A DNA stretch of 64,000 bases from Eledone cirrhosa (Eukaryota): contig OZ024742.1 in NCBI GenBank assembly GCA_964016885.1, forward strand, positions 349,866,001-349,930,000, in the 5' to 3' direction. A program made the position numbers and the translations under genes. The first letter of the stretch is position 1. Each line of letters begins with the position of its first letter. Shown one piece after another: positions 1 to 13,639 of the stretch. The notes under the pieces were generated by a model. The model was not told the DNA's origin and did not search any database. It saw only the letters and a program-made list of their open reading frames with translations.

Positions 1-1736
1 TCTTCAACGGCACTATCAGGCGTACTCTGGCAACTTAAGCTAGATAACGTTAGATATTCGACGGCTTGGAATATAGTCTCAAGAGGGATTCCTTTTAATT
101 CATCCTCTGAGACATGTGACCTCTGCGCAGAGGAGATATTCTTTATACTAAAATCTAAAAATTCCCTTAATCTACGGACAAATTTATTCAGTTGTTGCAA
201 ACATAGATTAAACTCAACGTTTAAATATAAATTTAAATTTAAAATGTAGTATATTTAGTTTGATTTATATTTATATGGGAAACTAGCCGATAAATCTTTG
301 ATTCCTTCTTTTTATTCTTTTTATTTTTTATTTTTATTTTATTTTTATTTAAACATTCCTCATGAAAAATTAAGCTACCCTAAAAGCTGATGCTCCAAAT
401 ATTTTGAATAAACCTTACACTAGATAAACTTCTATATTAAATATAAGAACACATGTAGACCAAATTGAGCATCATAAACTTTTTGAAATGATCTTTGCTT
501 GATGTGATTTGATAGATAATTTTTGGCTTTGTCTGTTTTTCGACTCTGATACTTATAATGAACTTGGCAATATATTGTCAATTAATTTTGAAGGGTTGAT
601 CTTTGTGGTTTATTTTTATTTTTATTATTGTAGTATTTTCTAATATTTTTTATTTTTATTTTTATTTTTAATATCTTTAATATGTAAATTTTTTAATATG
701 TAATATTTTTAATATGTAATATTCTTTCGTAATATTTTTTTTATATTTTTTTTTAGTTTTCTATTTTCTATTTTATTATTACTTATTATTATTATTGTTA
801 CTTTTTTAGTTTTGTTTCTGATATATATTTTTATTAGTATATTGAAATCTGCTCTCTATTTCTGCTTGATAGATAATCTTGTAGAGTAAAGACAGGAATA
901 ATAATACACATATATGTATACTCAAATTGTTATACCACATTGAGAATGTTTTCCGTGAACTTAGAGTTTGCAGAGTTGATCAGGTGGATTCACATGGATG
1001 TTTGTAGCTATCACATAAACATATGAATTTTTTTAAAAAACTAAACATAAGATAATTAATTTTCACACACTATGGATACTTGTCTCATTCAGGAATACTG
1101 ATATTTACAATATAGTGGAAGTTTTATAAATACTAATACATTAAAACATAGGGTTTTTACGCCTCGAATATATCTGGCTATTTTTAAATTTTTTCTCTCG
1201 CTATTTTTTTCTCTCTCTATATTTTTTATCTCTCTATATATCTCCCTTACATTAATACTAGAGCTAAATAAATAAATAAATAAATAAATGTATCATTGAT
1301 ACATTTACCCAACTGATCTCCCACTACCTAATTTTCTATATATATATGTATCTATCTCTATTTCCTCTCCCTATATATATATATATATCTTTCTTTACAT
1401 GAAGTTCTTCTCTTTATCTATCTTTCCATCTCGCTATTTTGTTCCATGCATTTCTTCTTTTTCTTCTTTTTCTTCCTTTTCTTCGTTTTCTGTCTTTCTT
1501 TCTTTTTTTTTTTTTTCTCTCTCTTTCTTTCTCTCTGTGTAAAATTTTTTCACTGCCAATCCAACCTCTTCAAATGCAAGTCGGTGTTGTTACGGTATGT
1601 CGAATCTATTTATCTATAAAACTGTTTATATTGTATTTTGTCTGAGGAAGGCATAGCATATTGTTAATATGATATCCCCGAAATATATATAATGAAATAA
1701 ATATGGTTTTATAAAAATAGTTTCCATTTATTTAAT

Positions 1737-1740
<4 letters not shown>
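1..1740 (+). mobile_element. 3' part of a Naiad-type Penelope-like element (GIY-YIG C-terminus 1-249, long AT-rich 3' UTR, terminal HHR, ends in (TA)n)
   Basis: Frame 1 of 1-249 reads STALSGVLWQLK...WNIVSRG..F....TCDLCAEE..FI......LNLRTNLFSCCKHR*, the same CxLC..E...LN..E/N.FS.C.H end as the ORF at 28127-30216. An HHR motif lies at 1642-1690. Confidence 0.85.
1633..1700 (+). ncRNA. minimal type I hammerhead ribozyme motif
   Basis: CTGAGGA (1642), stem II CATATT/AATATG, GAAA (1680), TATA, TA; homologous flanks at 35380 and 40930. Confidence 0.65.
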
Positions 1741-1798
<58 letters not shown>

Positions 1799-1830
1799 CA
1801 TATATATATAAACATATATATATATATATA

Positions 1831-2432
1831 ATAAAGTATATATCCCTACACTCAAAAAGCGTCCAGAGACACATGTATTGTCCAACCATATGCCAATGTG
1901 GTTCAATGGCAGGTTAATAAATTAACGAGCCAGAACATATATAATCAAGGTTTAGCAAATAAGAAAAAGTTTCAAAATAAATTTAAAAAAATTCACTGTA
2001 CTCACTATGGTTATCTTTACCGAATCGGTTTCGAGTCTCAAAAATAAATGGACAGTCCTTGCGACCTTCCATTGAAAAGATAAACTCTCGTCAGAAGGTT
2101 CTTTTCACTATTTATAGTGGTAGTAGACTGACCTCCCTGCCTCTGCTTCTATCTTTACACACGGCACTGGACAGAATTGCTTCCACATCATTCATTCTCA
2201 TCTCGGAAACAATTTTGAATAGCGCCAGTTCGTAATTTGAACTCGGGAATTTTATATTCTCCGAGTGAAAAGAATCTTCTGACGAGAGTTTATCTTTTTA
2301 ATGGAAGGCCGCAAGGACTGTCCATTTATTTTTGTGACTCGAAACCGATTCGGTAAAGGTCACCATAGTGAGTACAGTGAATTTTTAAAAATTTATTTTG
2401 AAACTTTTTCTTATTTGCTAAACGCTGATTAT
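1831..2432. mobile_element. ORF-less fold-back PLE 3'-end cassette (arms 1938-2109 / 2264-2432, tail 1831-1937)
   Basis: About 170-bp inverted repeat, each arm with an HHR, bounded by (TA)n on both sides. Confidence 0.85.
2274..2360 (+). ncRNA. type I hammerhead ribozyme, long stem II (mirror copy 2013-2099 on minus strand)
   Basis: ATCTT-CTGACGA-GAGT...ACTC-GAAA-CCG ATT CGG-TA|AAGGT: stems I, II and III all pair, GUA cleavage triplet. Confidence 0.85.
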
Positions 2433-2459
2433 ATATATATATATATATATACATAGTTT

Positions 2460-2503
2460 ATCAAAGTTCTTTCGTTGCACATCTGCAACATCGTCAGTCG
2501 TGC
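2460..2503 (-). ncRNA. hammerhead-like motif, weak stem I
   Basis: Minus strand CTGACGA-T-GTTGCA GATG TGCAAC-GAAA-GAAC-TT. Confidence 0.55.
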
Positions 2504-2655
2504 TATTGTTTCCTCCCGGTGCATTGTATTTTCTAGAATAAATTAAATTACCGATATAAAAGACACAGAAGCGAAAAGCGAAAACCAACCAAACAGTGAG
2601 TGTGGTCTGTTATTAATTCTGGCAATATTACACAAATATGACCCTCCTCAAGTAT

Positions 2656-2720
<65 letters not shown>

Positions 2721-2727
<7 letters not shown>

Positions 2728-3082
2728 GTGAGGTTTTATTTTACAAAATGAAAAATAATCGAGGTGCCCTACACGAGTGAAAGTATAAAGAAAAAAAGAT
2801 GAAATCGAAAATGCAACTGGAGTTTTATTTTTTTTTAAATATATATATTTATTTGGTTCCTTTACCGGTTTCGCAGTTCTTCTGCTTTTCAAAAGTAGAG
2901 TTGAGATGGAGGGTCTGTGGTATTTCTTACATCTGTGGGAGAAAAACCACAGACCCTCCATCTCAACTCTACTTTTGAAAAGCAGAAGAACTGCGAAACC
3001 GGTAAAGGAACCAAATAAATATATATATTTAAAAAAAATAAGACTCCAGTTGCATTTTCGATTTCATCTTTTTTTCTTTATA
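2721..3082. mobile_element. fold-back PLE 3'-end cassette (arms 2784-2920 / 2946-3082, tail 2721-2783) carrying an HHR 3' half
   Basis: Near-perfect 137-bp palindrome between (TA)n tracts. Arms carry GAAA-CCGG-TA then AATAAA; the CTGANGA half is absent. Confidence 0.8.
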
Positions 3083-3112
3083 TATATATATATATACACA
3101 CACATAGATATA

Positions 3113-3247
<135 letters not shown>

Positions 3248-3248
3248 G

Positions 3249-3290
<42 letters not shown>

Positions 3291-3327
3291 ATATATAAGA
3301 TCAAAAGATGGTTAAAAGAGTTCCATG

Positions 3328-3398
3328 TATTTTATTATGCGCATTTCAAAAACAAATATCATCATGCGATGACATTTGCGTTTTCGTCAGATAAAATA
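3328..3398 (-). ncRNA. hammerhead motif at the 3' end of the Naiad element
   Basis: Minus ATTTTAT-CTGACGA-AAAC GCAAATGTCATC GCAT GATGATATTTGT TTTT-GAAA-TGCG-CA-TAATAAAA; cleavage U appears mutated to C. Confidence 0.7.
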
Positions 3399-4499
3399 GG
3401 GAGACATGATATGGAGGTTAAAAAACACTTGTGAATAGTTCAGTTTTAAATCAACATATGAAAAGTAGTTTTAGATTGATGTGTGATATTCGGAAAAAAA
3501 AATTGAGGGGGGGGGGGGAAGGATGAAAAAGAGGAGGAGATGAGAGTAAAGAATGGAGGGAGAGGAGTATAATAAAGAAGGAGGAGATAGGAGGAGAGAT
3601 GGGTGATAGAGAGAGAGAGAGATAGCTTTTATAACTGAGAAAAATATATTGTTTTACAGAGAGAGGTTAAAAAACCGTTGGAAGATAATATATAAATTAA
3701 AAGAATTTGAAAATTAACGAAGAGAAAGATTTAAGAATGATGTTAAATTAAGGTTTGTATATTGAAGGGTTTAATAATATGTGCGATGAAAAGAAATTGT
3801 TAATATGTATTAAGAATAATATTAAGTTACGGTTTGAATATTGAAGGGTTTAATAATATGTGCGATGGAAAGAAATTGTTGATATGTATTATTAAAAAAA
3901 AAAAAATAGTAATGTAATTAAGGATATATTGTGAATTAATGTAATGTATATGTAAATAGTTTGTTTACAAATGAGCGCAGAAAGCAAAGAAGGAGATAGT
4001 GTTTAAGGAGAAAACCTTAACATCAAAATATGTATGTTTATGAAGTATTTCCTAATGGTAATAATATAATGTAATAAAGGAGATTAGTTAGGGTTTAAGT
4101 TTGATTTTATGTGTTGTGATGTGTAATATGTAGAATTTAGACGAGCATGAAAGGGAGAAAAAAAATAATGAATTGAGGATGAATAATCTAACGTCAAAAA
4201 AAAAAATGTTTATGTTTACGAAGGATTTTTCAAGGTGATACTATAAAGTATTTAAAAGGGGCAATAGTAAGTTTTATGGCCAGTGATAGGATAGAAGAAG
4301 GAAGAGTGGATATAGTGTGGTGAGTAATAATGAGAATTGAGAAGTATCTAGGAAGAAAAGGTACAGATTAGAGGTTAGAAATTAAAAGAAAAAAGGAAAA
4401 AAGGAAGAAATGGAAGTGATATAGAATGAGTAACTAGTATTATATAATGTATAATAAATAACATTGAAATAAGGTAGAAAGATGGGTATATTTTAAAAG

Positions 4500-4540
<41 letters not shown>

Positions 4541-4544
<4 letters not shown>

Positions 4545-4910
4545 AGAGTATTGAAGTTTGCTTGAAGCATTGTGGAACAATAAGTATATATCTTTAAGTC
4601 GTTTGGAAGCCTCGACAATGTAAATGGGTAAATCTCCGGGTAACAAGGTCCGGTGGTGGAGAGAGAGATGTAAGTGGGTGTACGTTGAGATGCGTGGTGT
4701 GTATAAGATGTGTGAGATGTGTAGAATGAAGGGAAGAGTATCAAGGATAAAATAAAAATAACAACACAAGAGAGAGTTACCTTGGGAGAGATTTAATAGT
4801 CACTATATATTTCGGATTCACATCCATCAACTGGGTTTTTTTCCGGGGTGGGGGAAAAGGTTGTCTGTCGGACAAGTCCGGAACGCGTCCTTCGCTGTTT
4901 GTTGTTTTGA
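4541..4910 (-). mobile_element. short PLE-type 3'-end fragment nested in a (TA)n tract; related copy at 8985-9275
   Basis: Shares TGCTTGAAGCATTGTGGAA...AAATCTCC...TTACCTTGG...TATATTTCGGATT-CACAT with 8985-9275; both have a degenerate HHR (9172-9205 minus: TCCC-CTGACGA...ATCC-GAAA-TATA-GGGA, then AATAAA). Confidence 0.6.
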
Positions 4911-6495
4911 ATATATATATATATGTGCCTTTGAGAAAAAAGATTTTAAATTGGTAAAGTATTAGATATTAGCTGTATAATTTATGGAATGTTCTGTGGA
5001 ATTTATGCAAGCAGAGAGAAAACAAGTCAGTGCGTCTATTTATTATAGAATCTAAATTAGATATAATGGTAAATTTCTCACATAAACAGAGATTACATGT
5101 CTTGGATAGAGAGGCATTCAAGTATGGAGAAGCAGAACAAACCTTCCTCCAACAGATGTTATAGTTAATATTTTTGTCTTTCAAGGACCATATGAGTTCT
5201 GAGAGTGCCGTGTTGGTTTTTTTAAGTTGGTATTTAAAAGACGAATGATGATTATAAAGACGAGCTTTAAAGGAGGTGGAAGTGGAGCCAAAATAGGTAA
5301 AGGAATTGGTGTCAGTTATAACTTTACATTCATAGATTAAGTTTTTTTCAAGACAATGGTTGTTGAGAGGACATTTATTTTTAACAGGGCAATTACAATT
5401 GCGATTAGAGAAATTAACAGAGTTATTAAGAAGTGACCTAGTGTTATCTATAGGAGGAATTGGATTGGAGAAGTTATTTACGATAGGAATAATAGTTTCT
5501 TGATTTAGATTGGGATTAAGAACATTTAACGAATTTGCGTTTGACGTTGTATTTGGGATTGCAGAAATTAGCCTAGAGTTAACAATGACGTCGGGAGTAC
5601 TATTACTATTATTATGATATTCAGTGTTGGAAGGAAGAGATTTAGAATTTAGTATTTTATTGTTGTGTTTAGAGATAATGTTGGAGATGTTAGAGGAGGT
5701 CGAATAGGAAAATGTTATAGTGTGTTTGTTAAATATTTTACTATAGATATGTGAGGGAGGGAAGCATTTATTTAAGGCACTAAAGAATAATTTAGGAATA
5801 TTATTATTAATAGAGATGGAGAAAGGAGCATTATACCAGATTATGTTTTTGTATCTAGGTCTTTTATTAAAGTTATTGGATGATCATGATTAATTATTCT
5901 ACTGTAAGATCTTCTAGGATTTGTTTCTTTACTATATTTGATTTTATCAGGATAACCGGCTTTAGAAAGCGCGTTATTATAGTAATTGGCGTTAGCATCA
6001 AAGATATTTTTTATTAGATGATAGGTTGGATATTCTTTTTCCAATATTACTAACTATAGCATTCTTAATATTAGTGGGGTGGTTAGATTTCAAATTAACA
6101 TAATTTAAGTTCTCATTGTTTTTATGGTAAGGGTAATATAGGCCAGTGTCAATATTAAGAGATACATCCAAGAAATTAACTAGTTTAATGTTGTTATCAA
6201 ATTCAATTTTTAAGTTATGTTGGTTAAAGAGATTACGTATATTGTTCTTAATAATATTAAGGTTAAGTATGTTGCAATTTAAGATAGTAAAAAGTCCATC
6301 GTAACGATAAATTCCACCGCGAAGTTGAGGAATTTTCCGATTCAAAGAGTTCAAAATAAAGATACCAATTAAATCTGTCAATTGGGATGAATCGGATGCA
6401 CCCATTGTGATGTCAAAGTTGTTAGAGGTATCAGTTGTGGTCCAATGTTCATTGTTGAACTCTTTTATTGTTGTACCACAATAAAACTCACCTCC

Positions 6496-6773
<278 letters not shown>

Positions 6774-6805
6774 TAAAGAATTAATATCTAGTAACATATA
6801 TATAC

Positions 6806-7452
6806 ATACAGATGCATATCAATGCTAGCAAATATATAGGTTTTGTCTTAGTAACTTTGTGGTTTAATGCATGGGGTTGCAGAACAATAATATGAGAGGC
6901 GTAAAATAAGAAAATTATAAAATTAACTTACTTACTAGAATTTCACTCCCAACTAATTAGTTTCTGAAATGGAATAAATATACTTTCCGAAGAAAATATA
7001 GAGAATCATTTCGTCGTCAGGGAAGACTATTCTCAGCTAAGTATCCAGGCAAAGCGAGGACTCTGGAAACTTATACAAAAATAATTCAGTGGATAGAAAA
7101 TAGCAAAGCATGGACTGAATTCCTAGCCATTGAGAAAATCACTGCCTCTGCGTCGGTGGCAAATTCAAAAAGAATCAATCACGTGACATCGAGGTCAATC
7201 AGTGGAAAGTGGTTTGTTAATAAGACAGCGGCCTTCAGTCCACGCTTTGCTATTTTCTATCCACTGAATTATTTTTGTATAAGTTTCCAGAGTCCTCGCT
7301 TTGCCTGGATACTTAGCTGAGAATAGTCTTCCCTGACGACACAATGATTCTCAATATTTTCTTCAGAAAGTATATTTATTCCATTTCAGAAACTAATTAG
7401 TTGGGAGTGAAATTTTAGTAATAAGTTAATTTTATAATTTTCTTATTTTACG

Positions 7453-7462
<10 letters not shown>
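6806..7462. mobile_element. fold-back PLE 3'-end cassette (arms ~6891-7119 / ~7234-7462, tail ~6806-6890)
   Basis: About 228-bp inverted repeat between (TA)n tracts, HHR in each arm. Confidence 0.85.
6946..7025 (-). ncRNA. type I hammerhead ribozyme, stem II capped by C(UUCG)G (mirror copy 7328-7407 on plus)
   Basis: CTTCC-CTGACGA-CGAAATG...TATATTTTC TTCG GAAAGTATA...CATTTCA-GAAA-CTAATTAG-TT|GGGAG. Confidence 0.8.
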
Positions 7463-7501
<39 letters not shown>

Positions 7502-7672
7502 CAATATCGGAGAAAGCTTTTTAGCGATACTCCGGCCAAATTCCAACTCACTCAACAAACATTAGGAAATAAGTGATTATATTCCTAATTATGCGTTAGG
7601 GGTGCTAACTAAAAGTATTGCGTGGAAAATTGGCTGTATTATTTCATATGAGACATATCGAATATATCTCTT

Positions 7673-7799
7673 CCCAGACGGACGTCTCGTTTCATTATAG
7701 GATTCCTACAATTTGGGAGAAATTATACCAATTTATGTAGGAGCTTGTATACGATCAATAGATATATATTCAAGTGGGCTCCTATAATTCATCAGTGGG
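7673..7799 (-). ncRNA. type I hammerhead ribozyme, ~95-nt stem II domain, in a PLE-type end fragment (~7493-7820)
   Basis: CCCA-CTGATGA-ATTATAGGA...TCCTATAAT-GAAA-CG AGA CG-TC|CGTCTGGG; perfect 9-bp stem II base. Confidence 0.75.
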
Positions 7800-7820
7800 T
7801 GCCCCAATAATTGATAAGCT

Positions 7821-8200
<380 letters not shown>

Positions 8201-8481
8201 AATACACTTAGGAATATAAACACAGATACACACATTATAGGAATTATTAGGCAATAAGAAATAATTTATAACTAACTAGGTAATTACCAACTATATTGTA
8301 ATCTGGCGGAAGCACTCCTCGTTATGGGTACCATAAGTTATTGCGTAGCAGATGGAGTATAAACATTAAGAAAAGGAAGAGAGACGATATCACATATTCA
8401 AAATTAGTTTATTTCATTTCACTATACCTGTTATGTACATTTCAATGAATATGTAATGCCACCTGTCTTTCACATTTCTTA

Positions 8482-8639
<158 letters not shown>

Positions 8640-8892
8640 ATAATAAATACAAAGACCAAAATCAAAAGTGGAATCGATGAGGGTTATATATATATATATA
8701 TATATTGAGGACCGAGTAAGTTAGATCGCAGATATAAAAGACAGCGAGAAGCGAAAACCAACCAAACAGTGAGTGTGTTCTGTTATTAATTCTGGCAATA
8801 TTACACAAATATGACCCTCCCCAAGTTTAAAACAATATTTGTTTCGACACACGATTTCATATAAAAAACCTCGCTAAACTAATTCATCGCCG

Positions 8893-8966
<74 letters not shown>

Positions 8967-9387
8967 ATATAAGTATATATATATATGCTTGAAGCATTGT
9001 GGAATATGAAAAATGGTTATTTTTGAGGTCTCTACAATATGGATGGATAAATCTCCAGGTATCAAAATCAGTGGCAGTATGAAAAGATGGGTAGGAAGAA
9101 AGGAAATGTAAAAATAAATGTAAAATGAAATGAAAACCGGAGATGAAATTACCTTGGAATAGATTTATTCGTCCCTATATTTCGGATTTCACATTCGTCA
9201 GGGGATTCCGAAGGAAAATTGGAAATTTGTCGATAAAGAATCTACGTGGCTGTTTGTTGCTAGTGTCGTTGTCATATATATATTTATGAGTGTGTGTACA
9301 TATATGGATAATAATAAAACAAAAAAAAACAGATGAAAATGAACACAGGAATAAAAAAAAATCTGCCCATAAAATCAAAACTTCAAA

Positions 9388-9506
9388 AATAATTGTTTCT
9401 ACTTTTGACACAAGGCCGGCAATTACATCAGTGCATTACTGGTACTTTATTTTATCGACCCCGTAAGGATGAAAGGCAAAGTTAACCTCGGCGGGATTTG
9501 AACTCA
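9388..9506 (-). mobile_element. SINE, 5'-truncated
   Basis: Matches the SINE core TGAGTTCAAATCCCGCCGAGGTTAACTTTGCCTTTCATCCTTACGGGGTCGATAAAATAAAGTACCAG. Confidence 0.9.
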
Positions 9507-10793
9507 TTAAAAATTAAAACATTTGAACTTATTAAAAATTAATACATTAAAAATAATGAATAGAAATAATAAATGAGAGAATTTGAAACATTTTAAAGAA
9601 ATTAATTTCTTGGGTATGAAGTCTGTCATAGTGTTATGTTGCTAAAGGTATATTAAACATATTTCATGAAATGGTCTTTGTGATACATTTATACGAAATG
9701 TTCTTAAAACGATTTTTTATGGTTGGTTGTTCTATGTATAATATAGCTCCATCTATTTTGTCTCCAATTGAATATGTCTCTAAAGGTAGCAATCGTCGAC
9801 ACTTTGAGAATACTTTCTTTAATAGTCTTTACTTCTTTGTGAAGTGAAATGTAGTTTAATAGCGTAAAGCCATTTATCATATAAAATGCTTTTGTTTACA
9901 CAACTATCATGTGGATCGTTGGTGTTTGGGGTTTTCAATGGCAGACTAAATTTTCACGACACTTTTTCTGATTCTCTCTTTCAGTTTCGGATATATTTAG
10001 CAAATGACAACATATTTCAGTATTACAATTACTACAAGCTCAATGTATTGCATATATCAGGTTTTATATCAAGGCACTTTCTATAGTGACAGCAAGAATT
10101 ACTGATATTACAATTACATAGAGATCGATATTCTGTTCAAACCTGCTTATTATTGTATATCTATTTTATGGTTGCAATTGTACGATTTCTGTCACTGATC
10201 TTTGATACTAACTGTGGCCAGGTTTTCCATGCAAATATATCTAACTTTTACAGCCGTTTACTTAAAGTATTTATAGTAACTATATGATCTGACGAATTCT
10301 TATATATTAGACCAGATAATATTTCTAGTATATTAGAAGCGATGTGTAAAATAAAAACAGATTTTAACCAGACAGATTTCATTTTCCTATTTATATTTGT
10401 CTGCAAGCTATTCGTGTTATTTACATAAAGTACGGCTTCTGTAAATCTAATTTCTACTACAGCATTGTTATAATGATACAATGATCTTTCGAAATGTTCT
10501 CCATCAAACGAAATGCTAGAAATCCAGGAATTCATACTACCAACAAAGTTACATCAGCATCAAATCTGCTGTAGTCAGACATGGAGAAAAGATGAGCTCG
10601 GCTAGGTTTAAAAAGGTGCCCTAGAAATGCTGTATGTCAATACGGTGACCTTACGACTCTCTTAGGAGTAACGGGACAATACATACATTTCGAGTATATT
10701 TTTGACCGGCCACCTTCTTGGTGGCAAGGTTGTAAAAGAAAAGAAATAAATACATACATACCTGCATGCATGCATACATACATACGTATATAC

Positions 10794-11077
10794 ATGGTGG
10801 CTGCCAACTCGTTTTCGAGTACGGCCACTACTTTATATCCATGTAGGAGAACGCCTACCGATGCGCTGAACGAGTGTGACTTTTTAGTCCAGCCAGCGAC
10901 TTGAAAACTCTGGTACAAACACTACACTTGTGACAATTATTGACACATAGTGCTGGGCCCATGGTACCATGTGAGGACAAGTGCAGAGAGATCTCCAGAT
11001 ATAAAGCAAAGCCTGTGCCGTGAAGCTTTTATAGTGAGCAAAGGCACTGCACAAAGCCAGTCCCACTCTCTTAACCA
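10794..11077 (-). mobile_element. non-autonomous RTE-derived element with (TATG)n tail (partial duplicate of 12423-12795)
   Basis: Near-identical to 12423-12707. Confidence 0.75.
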
Positions 11078-11947
11078 ATATATATATATACATACATACA
11101 TACATATATACATACATATATATATATATATACATACATATATATATATATACACATACATACATACATACATATATACATACATACATATATATATATA
11201 CATACATACATACATACATATATACATACATACATACATATATATATACATACATACAAACATACATATATATATACATACATACATATATATATACATA
11301 CATACATATATACATACATACATACATATATACATACATACATATATATATACATACATACATATATATATATACATACATATATATATATATATATATA
11401 CATACATACATATATATACATACATACATATATATATATATATACACACATACATATATACATACATACATACATACATATATATATATGCATACATACA
11501 TATATATATATACATACATACATACATATATATACATACATACATACATATATATATATATACATACATACATATATATATACATACATACATACATACA
11601 TATATATATACATACATATATATATATATATACATACATATATATATACATACATATATATATATATACATACATACATATATATATATATATACATACA
11701 TATATATATACATACATACATACACACATATATACATACATACATATATATATATATACATACATACATATATATATATATACATACATACAATTTGCAA
11801 AACATTCTTGCGATTCAAGGGATGACAATTTCTTTTCTTTTACAACCTTGCCACCAGGAAGGTGGCCGGTCAAAAAAATATACTCGAAATCAAGAGAAAG
11901 AGAAAACATACATATATATATATATACATACATACATATATATACAT

Positions 11948-11980
<33 letters not shown>

Positions 11981-11995
11981 TATACATACATACAT

Positions 11996-12062
<67 letters not shown>

Positions 12063-12292
12063 CATACATATATATATATACATACATACATACATACATA
12101 TATATATACATACATACATATATATATATATACATACATACATATATATATATATATAGATACATACATATACATACATACATACACACATACATACATA
12201 CACACATACATACATACATATATATATATACATACATACATATATATATACATACATACATACATATATATATACATACATACATATATGCA

Positions 12293-12328
<36 letters not shown>

Positions 12329-12422
12329 TACATACATACATACATACATACACATATACATACATATATATATACATACATACATACATACATACACATA
12401 TACATACATACATATATATATA
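11078..12422. repeat. compound (TACA)n/(TA)n microsatellite field, interrupted at 11791-11905
   Basis: Direct read; source of the spurious MYVC/YIHT ORFs. Confidence 0.95.
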
Positions 12423-12795
12423 CATGGTGGCTGCCAACTCGTTTTCGAGTACGGCCACTACTTTATATCCATGTAGGAGAACGCCTACCGATGCGCTAAA
12501 CAAGTGTGACTTTTTAGTCCAGCCAGCGACTTGAAAACTCTGGTACAAACACTACACTTGTGACAATTATTGACACATAGTGCTGGGCCCATGGTACCAT
12601 GTGATGACAAGTGCAGAGAGATCTCCAGATATAAAGCAATGCCTGTGCCGTGAAGCTTTTATAGTGAGCAAAGGCACTGCACAAAGCCAGTCCCACTCTC
12701 TTAACCAAGATGATATTTACCAAAAAGAAGAACAAGTCAACATCATTGGATACCATCAGGGTTGCAGGTGTTATATCAGAGTTTTCCTTCTCCTA
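12423..12795 (-). mobile_element. non-autonomous bipartite RTE-derived element (RTE 5' UTR plus 3' end with (TATG)n tail); diverged relative at 18279-18620
   Basis: Minus starts TAGGAGAAGGAAAACTCTGATATAACACC, homologous to the RTE 5' UTR at 17290-17480; ends CTCGAAAACGAGTTGGCAGCCACCAT-(GTAT)n. Confidence 0.7.
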
Positions 12796-13169
12796 CATAC
12801 CTGCATGCATGCATACATACATACGTATATACATACAAACATACATATTATGATATGGGACAGGGAGAAAAAGGCATGCACAGTAGTGGAAGTTATCTGC
12901 CCAGCAGATGCTAATATAATATCAAAGATTGGCGAAAAGGAGAATATATGCGGACAAAGAGCGCAGCTCCCTAATTCATAGTCTACAAAAGGCTGCGATA
13001 GCTGGCACCTTCAAAATTTGCAAAACATTCTTGCGATTCAAGGGATGACAATTTCTTTTCTTTTACAACCTTGCCACCAGGAAGGTGGCCGGTCAAAAAT
13101 ATACACGAAATTAAGTGAAAGATATAACATACATACAAACATACATACATACATATGTACATAATATGA

Positions 13170-13560
13170 AAGAGTAGTGGTGGAATGTTCCAGTAAAAAA
13201 CCCAATAAAATGCAGGCATAACAGACCAGATATTATGATATGGGACAGGGAGAAGAAAGCATGCCCAGTAGTGGAAGTTAGCTGCCCAGCAGATGCCAAT
13301 ATAATATCAAAGATTAGCGAAAAGGAGAATATTTATGCAGAACTGATGAGAAATCTGCAGATACTCCACCCTGATTACACTTTCAGATTTATACCTGCGA
13401 TTATTGGGGCACTGGGGTATGTTAGTAACTGCCTCAATACAAATCTTGAGAAGCTAGGCTTCACAGGAACAGAAAGAACACAACTAGTTAGGAAATTACA
13501 AGTACAATCCATTAAATGGAACAGTAAAAATATGTAAAACATTCCAAATATTTTGCATCT
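13170..13560 (+). mobile_element. 3' fragment of a restriction-like-endonuclease (R4/Dong/NeSL-type) non-LTR retrotransposon; partial duplicate at 12845-12950
   Basis: WWNVPVK...KCRHNRPDIMIWD.....VVEVSCPADANI..K..EK...Y..L......IPAIIGALG, a PD-(D/E)xK RLE signature. Confidence 0.85.
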
Positions 13561-13639
13561 AATAACTGCATATACACATGTACAGATATAAAGCATATAC
13601 ACATGCACACATACAACTCAAAACATACACATCCACACA

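Noticed and set aside
10884-12548. Long YI/MYVC/HT ORFs here and throughout the window
   Set aside because: Translations of (TA)n, (TACA)n and (CA)n microsatellites.
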